A DNA stretch of 64,000 nt, taken from contig OZ076415.1 in NCBI GenBank assembly GCA_964187785.1, positions 71,672,001-71,736,000 on the forward strand, given 5' to 3'. This stretch comes from Amphiscolops sp. MND2022. Its lineage: Eukaryota. Of the stretch, positions 25,401 through 35,100 are shown piece by piece. Below the pieces are notes generated by a model. That model did no database searches, was not told the origin of the DNA, and saw nothing but the letters and a program-made list of their open reading frames with translations. Position numbers and translations under genes: made by a program. Positions within the stretch are counted from its first letter, which is position 1. Each line of letters begins with the position of its first letter.

Positions 25401-26826
25401 CTTCCAACGTGACTCCTAGCATTTCTTTCTCGTCCTTATCGAAAAGGGGCATTCCTGGTACTTCCATGCGAATTCTATGTTCTTTAATCAAGTGGGAGTC
25501 ACTTCGATAATGGGAAATAAGTTCTAAACTCCCCCGCCTCGTGAGGGATAACTCAACCCGACATACCCGATGGTGATTTATCTCGATCTAACGGCCCAGT
25601 TGCTGAGAACTTTAAGACTGGGTGTCGTTTGAACATGCTCTCCGTCAGAGAATACTTGGGCCTCCGGCGTTTCCCTCGCACCATTGTGGAATTTTGTCCT
25701 GTTTCCTACAGGGCAGTGTCAGTGCCAATGCTGGCTACCAAATCATCTAGGCTGGACGTAGTTATCAGTGTTGTTGGGATGACGTCGTCTACCACAGTAA
25801 GCAACATGGGTTGGTGAAAATCAATCTCTTCTCCAGAAACGAAAAATTGTGGGATCCGTCCCAGAACGCTTGGCAATACGAGGACCTCCTGCCGTGTTAT
25901 GCTGAAATTGGGGAGCATTGTCTCAGACAGGGTGATCTCATTAGGGGGCGCCCGGTTAGTAGCTGCTTCGCCAATACTCGCGTAGCTTGTGCCATTTTTA
26001 TGTATGGAGGTTGAGGAAATCAGTGGATTTGACACAACATTCTGTTGAACGAATTGACCAAATAGAGGAGACGGGATCTGAGAAGTTCCAGGAGTGTTTG
26101 GATCCACGAAAAATCTTGAGTTAAGCCACTAAGTGGGGGTCCATGGATTTTGAACAAGAGTCGACCTTAGGGTCAGCGCTCTTTGATGTTGTTAGCAAAG
26201 TCTCCTCGCAGTGAGGCGTTTTTTCGTGACTTCCTGAAGGGATTTCAATCGTGGGTGATGTCACCGGTGTTTCAGCTATGGGCTCTTCGTCAATCTGGAG
26301 GGCGCGAACATCAGGTGACTCTGTTGCAATGGGTTGCCCTAGGGTCCGTGGTGTAGCCACTTGTAACGAAGTATAAGTTTTATCTGGTGAGCTGGTTGGA
26401 GTCTCTTGAGCAGATACTTGTTCGACTGAAACAAATGTTCTACCTGAACGTTTAGTAACAAAATAAATCATACAAGCGGAAACCGTTTCCTTACTTCTTG
26501 AAACCGGACGCGAACACAGGAAGTGAGAAAGAACAGAATCGGAAGTCGCTTAGAAGTCTGAGACGGAAACGTTCCAAAAAATTCCGAAAATGGCTTGAGA
26601 ATTACTGTACCTAGTTTCAAATTTGCGGACCTGGCCAGTCTTGCAAAAACACCAAATTCAAAATAAAACAATACAATATGAAATCAAAATAAAACAAAAT
26701 GGACTTACAGGTGGGTTGAAGCTCGGGAGTATCCTCAACGTCCCGAAAATTGTCGCGATGGAGGGGATTGTAATTCTTACGGGATCTTCGTTTCCCAGGA
26801 GAAGATGTTCCAAGATTTGGATCCAT
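22488..26826 (-). pseudogene. Antisense multi-exon cargo gene of the Gypsy element (zinc finger plus hAT-like region), disrupted
   Basis: GT-AG introns joining frames in phase: 26494-26444 (PVSR|SRTFVSVE), 25137-24995 (QERLF|GILVYMF), 24140-23563 (LLDH|YISAFSE); tentative introns 24518-24448 and 26708-~26640; several stops and frameshifts. Confidence 0.75.
23700..23950 (+). promoter_or_regulatory. Internal copy of the LTR motif cluster, within an intron of the antisense gene
   Basis: GTGATG-N6-CGTCAC 23791-23808, GTGACG-N6-CGTCAC 23856-23873, several TATGCGG, TATATAAAAGG at ~23938. Confidence 0.55.
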
Positions 26827-27239
26827 AGTAAAATGGAGGCGAAAATGAAGTTGATATATTTTATGGGATTAATTCAAACAAATGTAAAACGAAACAAAAA
26901 ACGTACAAAGCAATAAAAGAAGTGAGTAAATAGGAGACGAAACTAGAGGGAAGACAGTTATGATGAAGAATCGAATCTGCAGCGACAAAAATACTTGACT
27001 GAACTCGAAATTTACTGGAATTGTACTATAAAAACGATAAATCGATAAGGCGTGGCGTAGTGTAGAAAGGCAAAAAGCAAATGAAGCAAGTTTGCGCAAA
27101 TGTGCAAAACGAATACTGGAATCTGATCGGCTAATTAAATGTCAATCACGTCTGCCAGTGTGATTGATTGACTCGTTATAGCTTTTGGATGAAAGAATAC
27201 AAATGGAAATATCACTGCAAATCAGATTAGAACGATTTG

Positions 27240-27410
27240 GTATGCGAAAGTATGCAGCAGTGTGCGGAGTTGCAGTAACGATTATGCGGCAGTATGCGGA
27301 TCGACTAAAGACGAGTATGCGGCATTATGGGGAATTGCAGTAAAGACTATGCGGCAGTATGCGGATCAAGCAGTGACGCATACTCGGCATCCTGCGGTTT
27401 TCGCTGTATG
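27240..27410 (+). promoter_or_regulatory. Third copy of the TATGCGG / GTGACG motif cluster, upstream of the antisense gene start
   Basis: About 8 TATGCG(G)-like motifs; GGATCAAGCAGTGACGCATACTCGGCATCCTGCGG matches LTR sequence. Confidence 0.55.
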
Positions 27411-27449
27411 CTTTCCAAGAGATGGATTAATACTATCAAAAATCAGAAT

Positions 27450-28480
27450 TGGACAAATAAAATAGTATTACGTAATGTGATGAAGAATCTACTCACTCCC
27501 AATGACAAACACACATGATACTATTGACGTTTTATTACACAAAACTAATGCTCTTTTGAACTTAATATGTTGGTAGAAGTTCTGCCTGGCGATAACTTCG
27601 AGAGGTTTCGGAATGAGTTTACCAGTAAAACTGGAACTTCTTTGCTGAACTGTCAGGCCTGTTGGATTTTTCAAATGCAGGACTGGGATTATTGCATAGT
27701 TCTCACGAGAAACAAATTTTTACTTAGAAGTGATATGAGATTAAAATAAGATATGTTCACGAGCTTTGCTTCATTCTCCTTTTTAAATCCAATCATATAA
27801 ATCAAAATAAAATCAATTCTGAACTCTTTTGATGAATATTTCATGAAAATATTTCTTAGACAGTCACTTTGATGTTAGGATAGATTCATTTATATATCAT
27901 TTGAATACTGGGGAAACGCTGTAAGCCTTGATGATAAGTGATGTTCTGTTGAAGTGTTAAATGAAACACCTTTTATGGAAATTGTTTACAACGTGTTGTG
28001 GATGAGTCCCTGATAACTAAGTCTCTGCAAAACCTTTATAAGGAAGCGAGGGAAGCTGATCATGACATGCAATTTTTCCTCGGGTTTTCTCCAAAGTCTG
28101 AAGGAGAAAGAAGGTCCATCACCATATGGTCTTTAATCCAACTGATAATCAGTAACCCTCCTGCTACAACTCACATCGCAAAAAACTAGCTTTAAACATC
28201 TTCTTCAATAACTAAAATCAAAACAAGAAAGATCAACAACAAGACAATGCAGTTCGGATTCGACGAGATACTTGAATTCATCACCCTTTGTCATTGATGT
28301 GTCGAGTGAATCGGGGGAAAAGTTTACAGTAGAACCCGGGAACGTCCGATCTCTTGAGATTCCGCGTGGTGGGACCCGACTCAGATGTAATGTCTGCCTT
28401 TGTCGGCGCTGCAGCAGCAACCCTTCTCCCTTCTTCTTCTGTTCCATTCCAGACGGAGGAAGTTATTGACACCATTGGGT
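27450..28480 (-). pseudogene. Second, heavily decayed antisense cargo gene
   Basis: Intron-like GTATCT...TTTTAG segment 28271-28212; long protein-like frames with many stops; terminal segment PLEVIARQNFYQHIKFKRALVLCNKTSIVSCVFVIGSE. Confidence 0.35.
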
Positions 28481-28653
28481 CACAAATCGAAAGACAGCTG
28501 ATAGAATTGATTGTCGAGCATCAGAGTCACAGGTGAAGCTCCCCAACATCATTCATTGACACTGAATTTAAGGAGTCTCCTGAATCGCCTGATGACCAGG
28601 AAATGGAGGTCGGCCTTTCATTAAACAGCTATGGTTGACCCTCCGCATCAATC

Positions 28654-29235
28654 TTGCCAACCCCAAGAGGAAGAGGCTGGGGCAAAGGTCTGGTCCCGCA
28701 TCCGATACCGACATATCCACCGGGGTTTACTGCAGAATCTAGCAACTTCAATGTCATAGGGGAGAATATGCATGAGGTAAGAGCAAATAACTTCAATAAT
28801 GGGTACAGCAGTACACAAATTGGACTTCCAATCACCAACCCGATCATGCCATCGGCCAACATTAATAACCCAGCACCGATGATGATACATCTCCCACCGG
28901 TTATCCCCGGCTCCGCAGCAGTGCAAAATGGTCACCAAATGCAGCCAGTGCCACAGCCACTGTTACAGCAAATGTTTCCAATGCAGACTACCCAAAGCAC
29001 CAATGTGCTTTTGTTGCCCTCAAGTGAAAGATACCTATACAGACTGACACCCACTGTGATGCCAAACATCGCGGGATATTGCAATTGGTCTGGCCGTACC
29101 TACGACCAAATCAGCTTGGAGACACTGGGCGAATATCTTCTGGCAACAGCGTTTGATGGTGAGACAGCAAGGGATCGAAATGTGCGGTCTAGGACTTTCA
29201 TCGATGGGTTTGAGGCTGCCCTGTTTGCCTTTTAA
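28654..29235 (+). CDS. Uninterrupted 193-aa ORF (Pro/Gln/Asn-rich N-terminal part, ordered-looking C-terminal part) ending 11 bp before the 3' LTR
   Basis: Open frame in the ORF track; starts on a non-ATG codon and may extend upstream to 28354 across two stops. Confidence 0.55.
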   Translation: MPTPRGRGWGKGLVPHPIPTYPPGFTAESSNFNVIGENMHEVRANNFNNGYSSTQIGLPITNPIMPSANINNPAPMMIHLPPVIPGSAAVQNGHQMQPVPQPLLQQMFPMQTTQSTNVLLLPSSERYLYRLTPTVMPNIAGYCNWSGRTYDQISLETLGEYLLATAFDGETARDRNVRSRTFIDGFEAALFAF

Positions 29236-29246
29236 GAATGCATAAC

Positions 29247-30780
29247 TGTCGCAACCCAGAAGTTGCGTGGAAGCCGTGGCGCATCAACAAATAAAGCCAA
29301 ACAAGAAGACAGCCACAACAAACTCTCGAAACTAGACTGTGGGCTAAAACTTCAAACCAATAAACTAACAATTTGCTTTGGTTTCGTTAATTTTGTAAGT
29401 CATGTAAATACAATATTTATATAATGTTTGCCTTTGATGTAACCTTTCCTAATGTTGCTAATGAACATTAAAATTTCATTGAAAACCCTTATTTACACGT
29501 ACAATGAGTTGATCTAGTCTTAGATGACGTAATTGGAAGCTTAACTACATTTGAGATTGTCCACATGTAGTATTTCACATCTTAGCATGGTACCACTATG
29601 CGGTACCATGCGGATCGAGGATTGACGTATACTCGTCACTATGCGGAATTGTCCTCTATATTATGCGGCATTATACGTTTCGAGGTGTGACGCATACTCG
29701 TCACTATACGTTTTCCACAGAGACACTATGCGGCATCCTGCGGAATGAGTAGTGACGTATATTCGTCACTATGCGTTCCTGGCAAGACCTTTTATATAAC
29801 GTGGAAAGGTGAAACAGTGCTATTTGGAAACCATCCCAAATGCATTTTATACTGTACACTGAGTCTTTTCCAGGGTTCCTCTAGTCTTTTCCTTAAGTAT
29901 ATTTTGAACGTGATGTAATTCAGTCGATGCTATAAATAGTATGCCGTTACCCTGACGTAATCCTATTTTTACCTTTTTCCAATAATGACTACAGTAAAAA
30001 AAGAGTGTCATGGTATTTTTTGTAGCATTTTCATTTTAAAACTAAGAGAGAGCATCATTCAAAATCTGAACCGTCAGATAGTGCAGTTGTTCTCTTCATA
30101 CATCTGTAAACTTTTTGGTAACTTTGTGATACTCTCAGATCTTGTTGATTTGAATATACAAGTTAATTCAAATTCTTCCCCAAAAGACAGAAACTATTTG
30201 TCACTCAAAGCAAAATGGGAAACAGACGTACTAGACGTTCTAGAAGATTGCAAACTCCTTCCCCAGATAAAGAGGTAGAAATAACACAAGCAGGAACACC
30301 CATTACAGGTATTGAGACTTTAACTAATGTTAAAACTGTAGTTCAAGGAAGTTTAGGTGAAAACAACTTAGAGAACCAATTTACTGAACCCAGTCAGATA
30401 AGCAACGAGATCCAAGTATGGGCCCAAATCATGGAACAAAAGAATATTGATAGGATTGAAAAGATGAGAGAAGAAATGGAAAACAAACTCGAAACAATTT
30501 TAAAGGAAATAAAAACCAACAAAATGTATCGACCGTAACAAACCCAAGATCTGAACCCAACGAAATCAGGGAGTCACAACCATCGGGATCCAAAACAAAC
30601 AAGTCTATAGGAGTTCACGCATCTAATACCGAAAACTCAGACTCTGAAAACGACGATTATCCTCTTAGAGCTTCAAAAACGAACGACTAAGACATCCTGC
30701 AAAACCATTGTTTCACAATGAATCAGACGTAGATGTAACTATACTTTCAAATGAAGAATCCGAAGAAGAGGATTATCACA
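29247..30780 (+). repeat. Gypsy 3' LTR, including a copy of the gag N-terminal ORF (30215-30538)
   Basis: TGTCGCAACCCAG...GATTATCACA; about 90% identical to the 5' LTR by eye. Confidence 0.93.
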
Positions 30781-31249
30781 GTACTCGTGGAAAATTTCTC
30801 ATTTTGTTGAAAGATCTGTCATTCGGAAGATCAAAAGCGTACAACTGTATTCGAATAACGTCGAAAGACGTTACCTTATATGGGAAAACTGCTCACGTAG
30901 AGCGACTGAATTTCATCCGAGGTTCATTGTTTTTTTCACTTTTCGTACATCCTTATTTTTGTTGCATTTCATTTTTACCCACGTTAGGTAACCATCAAAA
31001 CATTCATAAAGCACTGTCAGAGTAGATGTTACACGGAGTCACGTGTTGCTGGTCGCAAGTTCCGAACTTCACCAGGGAAGCAATACTTTCATTGGAACAC
31101 ATTAATATTGTTTTCACACACTAGTTCGGTTTTTTACATTCCCTTTGAGGTCTTGCGCAGATTTTTTGTGCATCGAAAAATGATTGCACATAAAAGTATT
31201 TGTTTTTATATATGACGGTATTTATACTATTTGCTTTCAAATATGACAT

Positions 31250-31695
31250 GGCGTAAAAATTTTATCTTTATATCTGACGTGTTGTAAAAATTTCACTTTA
31301 AAATCTGACAAGACGAAAAAATTTCACTTTAAAATCTGACCAGAGGAAAATATTTTACTTTAAAATCTGACAAGACGAAAAAGTTTTACTTCAAAATCTG
31401 GCAAGACGAAAAACTTTTACTTCAAAATCTGACAAGACGTAAAAATTTTTGCTTCAAAACCTGTCCTTTTTTAAAGTATCGCAAGTGCAAAATTTGTCGT
31501 TTTTACGGAGTAAAATGGGTAAAAACCTGTCTTTTCAAAAATAAAAACGCCGTAGAAATCTGTCTTTTCAATTTTTTCAACCCGTGTAAAATCTGACGCG
31601 TTGTGAAAATATTGCAAGAAAATCTGACACGTCGTAAAATTTTCACTTTGAAATCTGACACGCTGTAAAAACATTACTTTAAAATCTGACACAAT
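31250..31695 (+). repeat. ~31-bp tandem repeats with an AAAATCTGAC core in the palindrome spacer (blocks 31250-31465 and 31585-31695)
   Basis: About 7 plus 4 contiguous copies of TTTAAAATCTGAC(A)AGACG-like units. Confidence 0.85.
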
Positions 31696-32469
31696 AAATA
31701 TATTTACTTGCAAAAGTGGGCATTTTAAGCTTCGCCAATGATTAGCATTTGTTCCGACTGCCATGTTCTACTCTATGTTAAATATCATTTATAAAAACAA
31801 ATACTTTTATGTGCAATCAATTTTCATTGCACAAAATTCTGCGCAAGACCTCAAAGGGAATGTAAAAATCCGAACTAGTGTGTGAAAGCAATATTAATGT
31901 GTTCCAATGAAAGTATTGCTTCCGTGGTGATGTTCGGAATTTGCGACGAGCAATACGTGACTCAGTGTAATAACTACTCTGACAGTGCTTTATGAATGTT
32001 TTTATGGTTACCTAATATGCGTAAAACTGAAATGCAACAAAGATAAGGAGGAACGAAAATTGAAAAACAATGAACCTAGGATGAAATTCAGTCGCTCTAG
32101 GTGAGCAGTTCTCCCATCTAAGGTAACGTCTTTTGAAGTTATTTCAATACAGTAGTACGCATTTGGTCATCCGAATGACTGATCTCTCAACAAAAGGAGA
32201 AATTTTCCATGAGTACTTGAGAGAACACTTAGCTAGCCCGTGATTACAGTTTCCATATAAGGTAGATTGACCCTTCCATATACGGTAGATTGACGATTCT
32301 CCTTTTTGGGAAGACTTCGTAATACAAAGATTACCTTATTTGGACGAATGACTACTAGCTTCTTTTGTAGTCTTTTTCAGTTCATTTGAAATTTCACAGT
32401 CGTACAAACAAGTTTCTTGCTGAGAGATTTACATTTTGTCTTACAAAGTTTGGATCGACACCAAGTGTG

Positions 32470-32861
32470 ACCCAGATTGTTAGCTCCAATCAAAGTTGTC
32501 TCTGTAAAACTGCAACAAGGTCTCTGATTGTGCTGGATGTTGAGCTTGCAGACAAAAATGTTTTTAAAGAAGTGGGCGTTTTCATTGACGGACAAGTATT
32601 TGGATATTCCTTCAAACCACCAACAAGTTTTCAACCAACATTCCAGACACATTGGTGCACAAAATTGATTGGAGAAGCGGTGCTCTGGACTACAATGACG
32701 TTACAAAGGTTTTCACTAGTCTCAAGAAGTACAGAACCGAGTTCCTTGCAAAAGGATTGGAAAAATGCACAATGTTGAGCGCGGGAATTGGCAAGCCGGT
32801 CGAAAATTTAGATGACTATGGATGTCCAAAGATTCAAGAACTCAATTGTGACTGGTTGTAA
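32470..32861 (+). pseudogene. Mirror copy of the exonuclease-like Maverick-associated remnant
   Basis: ORFs 32386-32778 and 32652-32861 carry the same motifs. Confidence 0.45.
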
Positions 32862-34146
32862 TCCAGCTATCCCTACATACATCGAACAACACTTCACTGC
32901 GCTGAAAAAAAGGCAAAAACATTTGGTACATGGAATGTGCAACAATTCAATTGGTGATTTGTTGTCTATTGTTTTCTTTTATAAAAAAATTAAATTATTT
33001 CAACTTAAACACAATTTTTAGCTAATCCAGGGGATGAGTGCTTTGTGAGCAAGATCTGTTTCATTGCATAGTCATTGATTGATCAAGTACAATGAGTTTG
33101 ATACAAAAATCACGAATGTTACACTACATAGGAAAAGCTTATTTATATTGAATGTTAGATGTACAATTTGTTGGTCTATAAATATTCACTCTCTTGTTTG
33201 TGTAACGTAAAATTAATCTGTTTTGTTAGTCAATTGATAAATGTGAAACTTTTAAGCAATTAAATGCATTAATACAAAGACAAGTAGAATTAGTTTTTAT
33301 TGACTTTTATTGATTCAACCCACAATGGATCAGTGTGAGAAATCTTGTGATTATGATACGCGTTTCTATTAACAGTATCATTAATACTCGTGCTACTACC
33401 AATTTACAATGATATTGCTACGTTAGGGGTGACATTTGAACATTTCTTTTTTTGGGACTTCTGAGAAATTACTTTGTTGGAAATTGATTTTTGAAGAGAA
33501 AAGACAAATATGTAGTTATCTGTCAGTTGAAAAAATGATAATTTATTGTTTTGGATTGTGATGCCGCGTCTCACTAAGGGATATTATTCACCAAGAGTAG
33601 CTTTCCCAGACTATGTGACGTCTTTCCCAAGGAATGCATTCCGCTTGGGTTATTTTCTCAGACACCGCAACGTTCTACTGAGAGGATTTGTTCCACTTGA
33701 GAGGCCTTCCTGGACATACTCGTCGTTACTTGAGAGGTACGTAATCTACTTGAGCAATCAACTTTCAAAAAGAAGAAATATGATTGACAGGTACTTTAGA
33801 GGGAACGCAGATGCTATTGCGTAATCAATTTTTCCTTTTAAAGTAAGTTGATACTACTTTGTATGTTTCAGTGACTCATACTTTCCATAAAAAAGGCAGA
33901 TTGAAGGTTTTGACTGAACTTTCCGCCATTTTTTCATTATTCTGTTGACCGTTTTACTGACTAGTTTCCTCTGTAGGGATACGGATTTGTTACAATGCGT
34001 GTTCTTGGTTGAAATGACCGAGCTTTACTTGAAAAAACAGGAACACAAACAGAAAGGAATCATTCTGAACAACAAAGATGTTCTGTTCAAACTGTTTACT
34101 GTCGCAATTGTTTCAATTTCTCAACAATTATCCAAGCTGACTTAAT

Positions 34147-35100
34147 TTACAGTTTTGTGAAGCAGCAAAATGTGAAGCTTAAAATAACAAATGTAAAGTG
34201 TGTCACATAGAAACTCTTGGTTTTTTTTCTACTAGCACAACCTGAAAACAGGAAGCATTCAACAAAAAAGATAGGAACTCGGTTGCACTGTCCACGTGCA
34301 GATCCATTTCGCAACAATCCCATCGGCGCGGACACCAAAAATGTTCCATGTGCGTATCAGCAATTTCTGGTTGATTGAAAACTGGAGCAAGGAGATCACG
34401 TTACTTTCAACTTCGCATTAGATGACCTACTTGGTTACTTGAAATACGCAGCAAAGTCAATGTAGCTTTCAGTTTTGCAATGGAAAATGTTGACGACTCG
34501 CGCTGTCGATTTTTTATCCTCAAGGAAAAAATTCAATGTTGGAAAAATACAAACTGTTGATTAAAGGGAACCACTTGAAACATTCTAAAGCAAAGATTGC
34601 TTCAAAAAATGTCATAACAGCTTGTCCCCGTGGAATGGTCAACACAAAATGGCAGTTTTGGAAGTTGACAAATGTAACAGTTTTTGCAATTTTACTGAAG
34701 AATATTCCAATGGGTTGTAGAAATGCACTTTTACCGGACCATCTTTTGAAGGAACGATTTAATAATTGTCTCACTTGTAATCAAAAACCTTGTGACATTT
34801 TAACTTTCTTCAAATCCTTGGCGATACAACTGCACAGAGATAAGAGGTCAGAAGAGAGAACTTGTAACGTTTTCAAGCTCTACGTGAAAGAGAAAGGAAA
34901 AGTTGAGTCCGCAACATTTCAAGGTGCTTGCTTGAACGATATACAGGCAGCGGGAGAAACTCTTGGGATAAATATTTCTTTATACGATGTTGACACTGTG
35001 GACGGATAGTTTGTGGGTGAGCTTGTCAGATGGAGTATGCACATGTTTTCCAGTACTGTTAGGTTGTTACGCTATACAACAGTCACATTTACTTTGTAGC
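34147..35100 (+). pseudogene. Mirror copy of the Maverick-like pPolB N-terminal remnant
   Basis: ORF 34536-35009 is the inverted paralogue of 12043-12705. Confidence 0.55.

Larger units (their letters stand above)
14842..30780 (+). mobile_element. 15.9-kb Ty3/Gypsy LTR retrotransposon, degenerate, with ~7 kb of extra cargo
   Basis: TG...CA LTRs at 14842-16377 and 29247-30780; GTACT TSD at 14837-14841 and 30781-30785; domain order PR-RT-RH-IN. Confidence 0.95.
9237..31224 (+). repeat. Left arm of a large inverted duplication (~6.0 kb once the Gypsy insertion 14842-30785 is removed)
   Basis: Reverse-complement ORF pairs: 12043-12705(-)/34536-35009(+), 14383-14676(+)/32377-32652(-), 10030-10215(-)/36919-37104(+), 9700-9897(-)/37168-37434(+); 30786-31224 mirrors 31779-32211. 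Confidence 0.92.

Noticed and set aside
31250-31695. 31-bp repeats as a CRISPR array
   Set aside because: The units are contiguous and degenerate with no unique spacers; the context is eukaryotic and there are no cas genes.
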